This document shows, piece by piece, positions 13,010-24,673 of a DNA stretch of 64,000 bases. Location: contig JANJGN010000210.1 in assembly GCA_026770705.1 (NCBI GenBank), positions 372,001 to 436,000 of the forward strand. Direction: 5' to 3'. A program made the translations under genes and the position numbers. The DNA is from Isurus oxyrinchus. Lineage: Eukaryota. How positions within the stretch are numbered: the stretch's first letter is position 1; each line of letters starts with the position of its first letter. Below the pieces are notes generated by a model. That model did no database searches and was not told the DNA's origin. It was given only the letters and a program-made list of their open reading frames with translations.

Positions 13010-14849
13010 CGGCACAGATACAGCGGATCCAGATGACCATCCTGCAACGAGCGGCTCAGTTAATGCTCAGCAGACGGTAACCGAACACCGAGAACAAGGA
13101 CAAATATTCAGCTTCAGTGTAAGATTCAGGCGGAACTTTCTTGAAGGAGATCAAAAACCCGCAACATTCTGTTGTGCCATGACTTCAGAGCTCCAGGGCA
13201 TTGTAACCAAAGATGCACCGGGGAACACCCCGCCCGGAATTTTCCAGGCAAGGTTTGCAAGACAATTGCCCTGGAAATACAAACTTCCCATTGGCAATTG
13301 CTCTACACTGGGAACTATCGCAAAATGCAATTTACATCGCAAACTTCGGATGGTTCAGACTCTCTTACATCAATTGTTACCCAGAAAAAAATTAGAAGCA
13401 TTGAAGCCACATCTAGCTCCTGGGTACCTAACGTACAGACCGACACCCACCAGGGTCCCCCCGCACCGCCGAACGGCCAGCGCACTCCCCCACCCTTTAG
13501 ACCCCCTCCCCCCAACTCCTCGCCAATGGGACACTCCCCAACTTCCGAAACTTTAGGGGGCACCTCGCATCCCAGGGCTACTCTCGTATGAAGAACGTCC
13601 GGCGAAGTCAGTAAATAGACGCAGAATTTCCCACCGCCTGGCAATGGGGGACCCAGTGGATTGTGAACAGAAGAGAGCGAAGGAGAGAAGGAACTATAAA
13701 TAAAAGCAGAAATGATATAAATGAACAGTTTACAAATCCAGACAGGAAATAGAAAAGCAGACAATGGGTTAAAATTATTGAATCGTGCAATGACAGTGAT
13801 TGAAAGGAAGATCTGAACATTGTCCCTGTGCACCCGATTGCCACCTGCTCCACAGTGGATCAGCCTCACACTTTATACCGAGTGTTTAAAACTTGTACAA
13901 TATTCCGGTGACGGTGAGTGAAACCCTCTCCTTCTGCCGCCGCCTCCACCAGCGCTGCCCTATATCGGCTCAGTGCCTGTTTGGCCTCAGTGCTTAAAGA
14001 CCTGAGAGATTAACCTGTGAAGATCAGCAAATGAGGTCCCAATGGTTAATAAATTCAGTGTCGTCTGCTCTCATTAGTTAAAAATTTGAAACATTGAACT
14101 GTGACAGGCGAATGAGTATCTCGTTTTCGATTAGCTCTTTGTGCCTATCTGTATGCTTTGAGACACCTACACAAAGGAATATAAAGTTGAGACTAAGAAC
14201 GATGAGTGATACAGAGGGAGTTTGATAAAAGTGAAACTCAGTATGGTGCATATGCAGAGAAGCATTAACAGAGGGACAGAGGTGAAGGTGAGATTGTATA
14301 CATTGAATGGGAGGGAGAGACATCAACAGAACGAGATGTATAATGCTGAGGCTTGAGGACAGCCAGTGGTATAAAGAGAGAACAGCAGAAGGATATTGAT
14401 GCCGATATGTATTTATAAATATAAATGCACGGAAAGTTAGCAGTTGATAATTACCATTCTCCCATTAGAATGACCCTTGGTGCAGTGAACTGCGGTAAAG
14501 AGATCATCACTGTTCTGTGTAATACAAATGAACAAACGATACTAACACTGACTGAAGTTCTGGGACGAACACACAGTCTCTAGGATCTTCAGTGATACCA
14601 GGAGGTTTGCGAATTGGAGAAACCTAGGGATTTTAATAAGGAAAATGGGGATGACGCTGGAAGAAACAATGGGAAACGCAGGCAAAAATTTACAAACAGT
14701 TAACAATAAAAACTCGTGGTATAGGAATCGGAGCAACATTGCTGCACAGTTGAGTGAGAGCCGTCTCAATGCATGAGCTCAGTGCCTAGTTGTACACAGT
14801 TATTCAAGAATTAAGCAATACTCATTTATTAGTGAACTGTATAATCCCT

Positions 14850-15745
14850 CTGTTATATTAAACCAGAGCTCGCCTCATTTATTACTGCGCTGGACTGTTA
14901 CACTAGGTGATGTCTTAGCTATTATTGCATTAGATGTGCCTCCACTTATATTTTTGTTACTTCTGACTACAATAATTTTAATGCTTATGTTTATGTCACA
15001 CCAGACTCTGTTTCAGTTGAACTACACGAGGCCACATCTCATTTTACATTGAATACGTCCCTTTTCTCGGTTATTTGCAATAGAATGCATCTCTATCTAT
15101 GTTGCCCTAGGCCATATCTCAGTTATTATCGCAATAGGTCATCTCCATTAGTGTTAGGCAACAACTTCTCTCAGTATTACAAGAGACCAAGTCACTCTTT
15201 ACATTACAATAACCTTTGTCTCTGTTTACGGTACCTGAGACCCTATCAAATGTATTGCAGCATTAGACGTGTCTCTGCTTGCATTACGCGAGACCCTGCC
15301 TGAATTACAACTGCATGAGACTCTGACTCGTTTTACATTACACTGGACTATTTCTATGGTATACTGCATTAAAACATGACTGAGTTAACATTACACTAGG
15401 CCACGCCTTTGCTGATACTGCACTACGATTGTACTCACATTATACTAAAATACTATATGGCCCTATGTACATTACATCATGCCATATCTTTGTTCATATT
15501 ATCGGGTGGCTTGTCCGAATTATTATCACATTACCCTTGGCCCTGTTTATATTTCAGTAGGCCATATCTTTTTTATTACTCCTCCAAGTCAAGCTCCTGT
15601 TTACATTATACTAGACCCATTTCTAGTTGTTTTACTCCATACCTTGTTTCAGTTAATACTGAACTAGACTCTGTCTCTATTTATATTACACCAGGCCATG
15701 TCTTAGTTAATGCCATTCTAGGTCACATCCCTATTTATATTAAAT
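14850..15745 (+). repeat. Degenerate 27-bp minisatellite family
   Basis: Recurrent tattacactagg/accctgtctct motifs as at 2160-2620. Confidence 0.65.
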
Positions 15746-17223
15746 AAGTTTATTGGCAGTACGCATTTATTTGTTTATCTTAACAGTGATTTACACTAAT
15801 TATTATTCTCAAAGCAACATTTTCAGCGCGTTGCAAAAGCTGACAGGAATTGGCGGACGTGCGGAAAGGCTGGTGACTTATCCACTGCAGGTCAAATCAT
15901 CGGCCATGTTTGTGTGACGTACAGTTGGCATGTTTGTGTGATGTTCTATAGGCCATGTTTGTGTGACTTGCTGCCGTTATTAATTTCCCTTTCGTTCTTT
16001 ACTGGCCTTTCCGCCCCTGTCTTCAATGTTGAGCAGCATTTTTCCGAAATCCGCTGTCAGTTTTGTGAAGCCTTTGACCTCGAACTTGTCACGGGGTTTA
16101 TTTGATCGAGTGTTGCTGTTGCTGGGTAAGAGATAATTATACATCATAAACAGATTTCAAAACAGAAGCTAATAGCTGTGATCTTTAAAGAAAGCCGCAA
16201 AAAATTCGCCTTTTGCCCTGCCGAGCGCCGTTTCATTCTGTGTTACTGCAAAGGGAAGTTCTGAATATTCCCAACCTGGAAATCAAACATGGCTGAAATG
16301 AAACATAATTTTACATGTAACCCACCGGAGGAGTGGTGCAGGAAGCATTTGGTTAAATGACAGGAGGAGTTTGTTCTTTGTTTTCTGACCCGCGGGCTCT
16401 GGGCGAGGGCAGCTCCTTAGCTCATTTTCTGCAGTTGTGTCGTTTTGAGCTGGGTTTTTTTTTGGTAACTTTGTCGTGGTTGAACATTGCCTTCCACTCG
16501 CAGGAGCAGGACCCAAGTCAGCCTCAGCCAGAACGCGAACAAAACCATGCGATTGGCATTATTCCGAGACAGAACTAGCCACCTAGCCAACTGATCTAAC
16601 CAGCTGCTACTTCGTCTTGGTGCATGTTGTGCACATCTGCCAGGATATTGGTAATGTCACTGGGCTACTTCAAACTGTAACCTGTCCCCAATTGCTGGAT
16701 CCAGGAAGATGCTGGGTCTGAGGCACCGGCCTTCGGATCAGAAGTCGAACTGGGGTCCCGCCAGCCCGTTCAGGGCGATGTTAAACAATCTCCGGAATAT
16801 TGGAGTAAGAGTGGGGAGGGGGTTCTGCTGTTGTCCTGGGCCCACATTCCACCTTCAAAAAACACCACCCAATACAAAGACATGCACCGACCTCCCAGTT
16901 CATCACTGTGGGGAAAGTAAGGCGGCAGCGCAACTGGCAGTAAGAAAAGCTCCCCTCCCCCACCCTTGTACACCAGAGTATTGTGGGAGGGGCTTTCACA
17001 TCCGGATCACAATCCAAATGTAGAATCAGAAAATTGCAGCCTCCTTTTATAAACCTGTCTCTTATTCACACAACACTGAGCCAGCGAGCCAGGAACCGTG
17101 TGGCAAATCAATGATCTCAGCGAAACAGCCCTGTGCAAATCAACTCGTTCCCGCTAAAGTACTTCAGTCCAGCTCTGAGGTTCGGTCTCCCAGTGCAACC
17201 CAGGGCTGCAGTCTCCAGCTCCC

Positions 17224-17234
17224 CGTCATATAAA
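17224..17234 (+). promoter_or_regulatory. TATA-like box with adjacent half-CRE upstream of the NAR-TCR leader
   Basis: cgtcatataaa ending ~25 nt upstream of ATG 17259. Confidence 0.45.
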
Positions 17235-17258
17235 CCCTCAGCTCCAGGCAGCAGAACG

Positions 17259-17301
17259 ATGGGAATCCTCCTTGTTTTCACCCTGTGTGTCTGTTTACCC
17301 C
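17259..17301 (+). CDS. NAR-TCR V leader exon
   Basis: ATG, hydrophobic MGILLVFTLCVCLP, phase-1 donor gtgagt at 17302. Confidence 0.9.
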
Positions 17302-17445
17302 GTGAGTACCGATCAAACAAACCGATATTGTGTGGATTTAATATAAAGCTGCCCGATTCCCTCCCATTTACAGTCACTGTCTGGGGTTTTAACCCCGTTC
17401 TGTGGTTCGGCTCTGATGGTCCATTAAACTCTGTTTAATTTCCAG

Positions 17446-17739
17446 GCTCTTTCAGTCAGTCAGTGGTACAGACCCCGGCAGCGGTGACCAGGAAGGAGTG
17501 TCAGTCTCTCACCATCACCTGTGTTTTCTATGGTGGTTTTTCCGCTCGTCCTTTGAAGGGCGGGGATTTCTTCAGACAAACCCAGACCGGGACAGAGCGG
17601 GAGCGGATCCCCAGCGGGGGGAGATTTGTTGTGTCGGTGAATAAAGCAGGAAAGACATTTTCGCTGGAAATTCGGGATGTGAGAGTTGAAGACACCGGCA
17701 CCTATTATTGTAAAGCTCAGGACAGATGGGTGGAGGAGT
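17446..17739 (+). CDS. NAR-TCR variable segment (IgNAR-type V), probably germline-joined V-D
   Basis: Acceptor tttccag; open frame SFSQSVVQTPAAVTRKECQSLTITC...RERIPSGGRFVVSVNKAGKTFSLEIRDVRVEDTGTYYCKAQDRWVEE; short CDR2-less NAR signature; extra FR1 Cys. Confidence 0.92.
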
Positions 17740-17767
17740 CACAGTGGGAGAGACATGAACAAATTCC
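17740..17767 (+). other. 12-bp-spacer RSS after NAR-TCR V(D)
   Basis: cacagtg + ggagagacatga (12) + acaaattcc. Confidence 0.85.
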
Positions 17768-18082
17768 TCTGTACGATCAGAATATAAATTCTCCGCGCCC
17801 GGATAGTGAATTGTCGGCTTGATGTAATTTTCGCTGTAACCTGGTTACATTTCATTGTACTTACCACAATTCAGTTAACTTCCTTTGGCAGTTTTCTCGG
17901 TTTATATGAAGTGACCACCTCGTTGACGGGACCATTTACTCAGAGCTCAGGGCCTCACAAAGAACAGTTTGAACCGAGAGAGACTTTGGAACTTTGAATA
18001 TTGTTTATTTATTTAAATCCGCTGAATAATTGGGCAGTTTCTACTGTTTGATGATGATTTCCCGACAGGTTAAGGTATGGGT

Positions 18083-18121
18083 GGTTGTTGTACCGGGGAG
18101 ACTGTGAGCGGTGTCACTGTG
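18083..18121 (-). other. 23-bp-spacer RSS of NAR-TCR J
   Basis: ggttgttgt + accggggagactgtgagcggtgt (23) + cactgtg. Confidence 0.9.
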
Positions 18122-18173
18122 GTGGATTATAAATATGTGGAGGGATCCGGGACAGTGGTGACTGTCACAGCCG
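18122..18173 (+). CDS. NAR-TCR J segment
   Basis: VDYKYVEGSGTVVTVTA followed by phase-1 donor gtaagt; xGxGTVVTV is IgNAR-J-like. Confidence 0.9.
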
Positions 18174-18999
18174 GTAAGTAACTCCATACCCCGCCGGGTT
18201 TCAGCGTGTCCCGGGTAATGTTCACAACCAGTTTATTATTGATATCAGTGGAATTTGGGGGGATGTGAGAATTGACGGAATCTGGGGCATTATCGGTTTA
18301 ACTGGAACATTGGGGACACCATCAACATCACGGACCGTCACACTCTGAATCGCTTTTAATGAGGGCAGATTGCTGACAATCCGGACTCCACACCCGGTGT
18401 TAACTGTGACCGAGGAAACTGTCTGTCCCTTAGAGCCCGGGGGCGGGGTCACAGAGCTCTCTCCTGGGCAGCAGATTGCAGTCCAAGCCGCACAATGTGA
18501 ATGAGGCACCGGGTGAATAAACTCAACACAACGGCAGCCGGTTCGAATAACTGCAGCGGCTCGTTCAATAACTGACCCGGGAGAAAAACAGGGAAGTGAC
18601 ACAACGGACTTCAGATATAAGAGATCCTGATGTGGGTCCAGATGGAATTTTATCAGCGACTGAAATTAGTGACGTTGTTCCGCCATTTCTTTCAATTGTC
18701 TTCATAGAACCAATCACTTTCCACCTTTTCCTCCCTCAGACCGAAATGTGATTGTTTGGAACTGCAGACACTTCTCTATATTGAATGTAGATGTTTGAGA
18801 GATGGGATTGATGTAATTTATCTGTATCCCTGATTACTGTGAATTGAAACAGCACAGTGCAGTGAGAAAGTGAGGATGATGCATTAATCTTATAAGGGGA
18901 ACAGGAACGTAAGGGAACAATTATATACTGGGGGCATGTTCATTGAGAACCAGGAAGAAATAGCTCATCGAAAGGGAGAGAAGGATTGGGTGATTTCCG

Positions 19000-19620
19000 G
19001 GCGCCTTTCAAAGTGCAATCCGACCCCGTGATAGGTGAGGTTTATGGAGGGAAGAACTGAAATGGGATCCAGTTTGGAATGCTGAGTAAAGTTTTGGTCT
19101 CCTTACAAAAGAGAGATCAATCTGCTTTGGAAGGAGTGCAACAGGATTCATCAGGCTGATTCCTGAGATGAAGGGATTGTCCACTGTGACGTGATTGAGT
19201 AGTCTGGGCCAAAGTTCCCGACAGTTTAGGAGAATGAGAGGTGATCTCAAGAAAACATATAATATTCTTCAGGGGCTTGACAGAACAGATATTGGATCGG
19301 AGTTTTCCCAGACTGAGGAGGATAGAACTCAGGGTAACAGCTTCAGAATAAAGGGTCATCCATTAGAGCTGAGAAGGATTTCTCAGTCGAACCATTGTTG
19401 TGAATCTGTGGCATTCTGTAACTCAGAGAGCGGTGAGTGTTCATAATCTGGGTGCCTTCAAGACAATATTCGATAGATTTTTTGATACTAAAATAAACAG
19501 GGAGTATGGGGAGAGTGCGGGAATGTGACGTTGAGGTTGGAAATCAGCCACGATATTACTGAATGGCGGAGCAGGTTTGAAAGGTGAGCTGGCGCCTCCT
19601 GCTTCTATTCGATTCTCTAC
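19000..19620 (+). mobile_element. CR1 LINE 3' fragment
   Basis: FRRMRGDLKKTYNILQGLDR peptide and CR1-like 3' UTR. Confidence 0.8.
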
Positions 19621-21058
19621 TTTGATTTCTTCCAGTCCTGAGAAAAGAAATCGGCAACAATCCACATCTCTCTGGGAAGTTTGAACCGGCTGGGCCTCTT
19701 TTTTCTGGATAAAAGGGAACCACTGGGAAAATTGATAGAAACCTTTTAAATAATGAACGGTTTTCGTGTGGAGAAATTGTTTATTTGTGGCTGAGTCCAA
19801 AGCAATGGTCATCAACGTATGACAGCTATTAACAGAACAAATAAAAATATTAAGACCAATAAATTTTAACAAAGCCAAGTCAGAATGTGGAACCTGCTGC
19901 CACAGGGAGTGGTTGGAGTTAGCACTGATCTATTTATTGGAACACTTGAAAATACAGGAGGGAGAACGGAACAGACCGATACAAGGAGCTAGGTGGAAAT
20001 AGTCAATTAGATTTCTGGTGGGGTTCAGCTGAAATTGATTATATACACAGGTCGAATGGCCCATTCCTCTCCCGTATTCGTCTTCCTCTTTTATGTAAAA
20101 CTGAGAGAAAACTCCACTCAGTGAACCAGGGAAAGAACTGAAATTGTCAGAGAGCCGGAAGAGGCAGTTCCCAGTGAGTAACTGTCAAACCACTGCGGAA
20201 ACTGAACAGACTGAACACAACCTACAACTGAGAGACTTTGGGGCAAGTTCCCACGATTGCAAAAAGCGCAAACAGAACAAAGAAAATGTGAAATAAAGGG
20301 AATGTGAAATTAAAGAAATAAAATGAAATTAATTGTACATATTTGAAATTGAGCTGAACTGGAGAAAATTGGGCCCTCTAGAGAGATCATAGAGAAATAG
20401 ATCAAAAGGTAGATAGAAATTCCCGAGCCGTTTTCAACCGCAATAAATGATTGACCTTTGACCTCACTCTCGATTTGGCTCAATTGGTGCTGATGATTCC
20501 CATCAGTTTGTGTTGGATCTTGTTGAGTGCAGCGATGCTACCTAACTGTGTTTCTCTCTAACAAACGTGTCTTTTTTTTTGTAAACTGGTTGCCTCGCTG
20601 ATCATAAAATGTTCCCTCGCGTTTGTTTCTCACCAAGGAAAATAGAAAAGGGAATGTTAGATAATTCATTGAATTATCCAGCACGGAAAGTTGATATTCG
20701 GCCCATCGTATAGGTGCTGACCCTTTAAAAGTGCAATCCAATTGTTCCCACTGCCCCTGTAGCTCTATATTTGTATTTACATTTCCAACACAGCCCCATT
20801 ACCCGTTTAAAAGTTACTATGGAATCTGTTCCCACCACCAATTCAGACAGTGCAGTCCCGAACGCAAGATTTCGCCATGTCAGCTAAGATATTACCTCAT
20901 TCCCCATTTGATCATATTTTAATAACAGTGAACACGGTTCAAACAGGCTGCCAGCAAATACAATTAACGCAAAAAGCAAAGCTATTCACGCGATTGAATT
21001 CACTTGGACAAACAGAGGCTACACAAAAAGATAATGTTCATTTTTTTTTATCCTCCAG

Positions 21059-21364
21059 ATTCCAGTTCCGTAATTTCCCGGGATCCGCCTCTACAAACCT
21101 CTCCTGCCGGTGACACCGTTACTTTAAGCTGTGAATATTCAGGATTCTGTCAATACACAGTACACTGGTACCGCCAGTCCCCCGGACAGGCTCCGGAATA
21201 TCTGCTTCAGAGGCACACTTCTGGAGAGGAGAATAAAGAAAACGCAGCCGGGGGGAGAAGTTCTGTTTCCATGGATCCTGCCGAGAAAATCAGCCGGTTA
21301 AATATCTCCAAACTACAACTGAGCGACCCCGCTGTGTATTTCTGTGCACTGAGTCGGCGCACAG
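21059..21364 (+). CDS. TRDV: Supporting TCR delta V segment of the NAR-TCR cassette (leaderless, CDR1 Cys)
   Basis: Acceptor tcctccag; DSSSVISRDPPLQTSPAGDTVTLSCEYSGFCQYTVHWYRQSPGQAPEYLL...LQLSDPAVYFCALSRR; phase-compatible with the NAR J donor (G|AT = Asp); no leader exon seen nearby. Confidence 0.92.
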
Positions 21365-21403
21365 CACAGTGATGCAGAACACGGAGAGAGCCGGACAAAA
21401 ACC
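21365..21403 (+). other. Consensus 23-bp-spacer RSS of supporting V delta
   Basis: cacagtg + atgcagaacacggagagagccgg (23) + acaaaaacc. Confidence 0.97.
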
Positions 21404-21491
21404 TAAACATGGTGGGATTACAGACACATTGTGATACAAGGCACGGAAAGAGTCCAAATTCTTGTCTATTTTCGGGATTAAGATGAAAGGA

Positions 21492-21494
<3 letters not shown>

Positions 21495-21542
<48 letters not shown>

Positions 21543-21585
21543 GGTGTACACACAAATACATATATACACACACAGACACACACAT
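21495..21585. repeat. (CA)n microsatellite
   Basis: Direct reading. Confidence 0.95.
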
Positions 21586-21799
21586 AGAAGTGGGTGGGGG
21601 CGGGGGTGGGTGGGAGGGAATCACCTAATCTCCACGAATGTATATACAATTGACCTTATAATTTTGTAGCAGAGAATAAAACTGATGAACCCATAAAATT
21701 CGCACATCCCTTCTGGCTCCTCAGAGCCGTTAATATTTTTATAGTTCGAGCCGCCCTCAATACTCCTGCTAAAATAATTCATTCAATTATCCATTCTTC

Positions 21800-22305
21800 A
21801 ACAAACGATGTGCACTATTTGGGCATAAATGGTTGAAGGTGGCTTGACAGCCTGAGAAAGTGGTGCTCAAACATCTAGGATCACCGTTTTCAGCGGCATA
21901 GAGTCCAAAAGAAAGGAAATGCTACTGACACTCTTAGGAAAGCACTGGTTGCCCCTCAGCTGGAGCATTGTGTCCACTTCCGGCATCGCACTTTAGGAAG
22001 AATGTGAATGGTTTAGAAAGGGCGCAGGGAAGTTGACCACAATCGTCCCAGGGATGCAGAACTTCAGTTAATTGGATAGATTGGGGGAACTGGGCTAGTT
22101 CTCCATAGAGAATGGAAGGTTCAGGGTAGATCTGATCGAGGTCTTCAAAGCTATGTGTCTCTGAACCGAGTAGATCAAAATAAACTGCTTCCATTTGTAG
22201 AAGGGTAGAGAGGAAGAACAGGAGGTTCTACCAATGGAAGCAGTTTATTTTGTTCTACTCGGTTCAGAGACATATGGTTTTGAACACCTCGATCAGATCT
22301 ACCCT
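21800..22305 (+). mobile_element. CR1 fragment ending in an 80-bp inverted duplication
   Basis: LEHCVHF-like CR1 motif; arms 22123-22202 and 22226-22305 are near-perfect reverse complements. Confidence 0.8.
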
Positions 22306-23259
22306 TCCTTGGTGAATGAGCCGTGGAAGGCAGAGGCTCCAACAATTCACTGCGGCTGGGAAAGCTCCCTATCTGTGGCACAGGGAGTTCGGGCGGCACT
22401 CTGCGAGAATTTCCCGCAGGTTGGTGCCTGTATAAATCCATCGCTTTTGTCCATTAAGACCGAATGTTTATTTTTGAAGTCACTTTTCCTATAAATCGAG
22501 TCTTCTTGCCCGTATACACGTCAGATATGCCTCTGCTCTGTCACACACACACACACAAACAGGGCCGACAGTGGGTCACAGAAACCTGGCCGCCGGAACT
22601 CAAAGGGTCAGGACAAAATCTTGGCCGCAGGACAACAGCACGGTGATTGGCTCTTTCTCCGATTGATTCGGGGTCAGGAGGTTACAGAGTATCTTCAGAC
22701 TCCGCCCAGCATTAAAACACCCAGTTGTAAATCGTGTAACTCTTCACCCGGACCTGGAAGAAGGGTAAAACCGCAGTTTTAAAGGGGCCCTGCACCGCTC
22801 CAGCTGTTTTGCTAAGTTTTACTATTTAAGAGGAGTGATTAGTGATTGAAACATGGATCAGAAGAAAGTGACATTTTTTGATGCATTGATTCAGCAAGGT
22901 GGCTAAACATCAATTGTTTATTTTCAATATCTAAAATTGATTTCGTACAGTCAACGCGTAAAGTAGAAGCAATAGTTTCCTAAGTGTACATGCCACTGAT
23001 TCAATCCGATCCCCTAGTAGTAAACACAATCTGGATCTTGTTTATCCCTGTATCCTCATAAAGCAAAACATGTGGACTTGGGACTACAATAATAATTAGG
23101 GCCTGGTGAATGCTAACAAAGACAGAGCCTAGTGTAATAATCAAGTGTAATTGACTAATAATGGGGATCCAGTAAAACATTCACAGAGAAAGAGCTTAAC
23201 GTCATAATCAAGGAGCCTAGGGCTGGTACAAAAATATCCCAATATTTTCTTATGTGACG

Positions 23260-24195
23260 TATGGCTTATGTGGGGGGTAGGATTAGTAAGATAGCAGATG
23301 ACACAAAGATTGACCGGGTGGTTAACAAAGAGGTTGAGGGCCTTGGGCTACAGGAAGATATAGACGGGATGGTCAAATGGGCAGGTAAGTGGCAGATGGA
23401 ATTTAACCCTGAAAAGTTTGAGATGATGCACTTTGGAAGGACAAATTTGACAAAGAAGTACTCAATGAATGGGATGACATTAGGAAGTTCTGAGGAACAA
23501 TGGGACCTTGGCATGTGTGTCCATTGGTCTCTGAAGGGGAGGGGCATGTTAGTAGGATGGTGAAAAAGGCATATGGGCCTTTATCATCGAGCCATAGATT
23601 ACAAATCTAGGGAGGTCATGTTGGAGTTGTATAGAACCTTGGTGAGGCCATAGCTAGAGTACTGTGTGCAGTTCTGGTCGCCACATTATTGGAAGGATGT
23701 GATTGCACCGGAGGGGGTGCAGAGGAGATTCACCAGGATGTTGCCTGGGATGAAACATTTAAGTGAACAAGAGTGTTGGATAGACTTGGGTTGTTTTTGT
23801 TGGAGCAGAGAAGACCCAGGGGCGACCTGATTGAGGTGTACAAGATTATGAGGGACATGGACAGAGTGGATAGGGAGCAGATGTTCCCTTAGTTGAAGGG
23901 TCAGTCACGAGGGGACACACGTTCAAGGTGAGAGGCAGAAGATTTAAAGGCGATATGAGGAAAAACGTTTTTACCCAGATATTGTGACGGTCTGGAATGC
24001 GCTGCCTGGGAGGATGGCAGAGGTGGTTTGCCTCACATCATTAAGAAGTACCTGGATGAGCACTTGGCACGTCATAACATTCAAGGCTATGGCCTTGATA
24101 AATGGAATTAGGTAAGTAGGTCAGGTATTTCTCACGCATTAGTGCAGACTCGATAGACCAAATGGCCTCTTCTGTACTGTGTGATTCTGTGATTC
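23260..24195 (+). mobile_element. CR1 LINE 3' fragment (RT domain end)
   Basis: ISKIADDTKI, WQMEFNPEK, LEYCVQFWSP motifs; ends in (gattctgt)-type tail. Confidence 0.9.
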
Positions 24196-24673
24196 AGTGA
24201 TCCTTTCTGATTTTGCAATGTAAAATGCTTTCAACAGTTGTCTTGCATGGCATGAGTATTATTGTTTGAGCAAGAGGGATGAGGCAGTGATGAAGGAGTG
24301 AATTGTCAGACACACACCCCGCCCAGCATAGTGGCAGCCATAGGAAGAGACGTGTTTTGGTTAGAGATACGACCCAAGTCAATATGTTCCATCAGCTGCT
24401 CCCCTTGATGTAAGCCCAAAGGCATGGTTTGTGGACATGGGGCGCCACAGAATTTGCAGCCGGCAGTTCACCCAAGTCCATCTTGCCAATGTTACAAATG
24501 GGAGGCTTGAAACCGTGGGTTAATCTGTTTGTTTACTGAACTGTAACTAAGGTGTATGTTGTAAATTAATTGTCCCTCTGGAGATGCTCATTCGGAATAA
24601 ATGAGGGATGCTTTGAATACGCCACATAGGTAAATTATACAGTTTCGGGAATACCTTTTGTTTCTGAGAGACG

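Noticed and set aside
12990-13869. 188-aa and 184-aa overlapping ORFs
   Set aside because: No recognisable domain; they span a GC-rich repeat-like patch and are likely chance ORFs.
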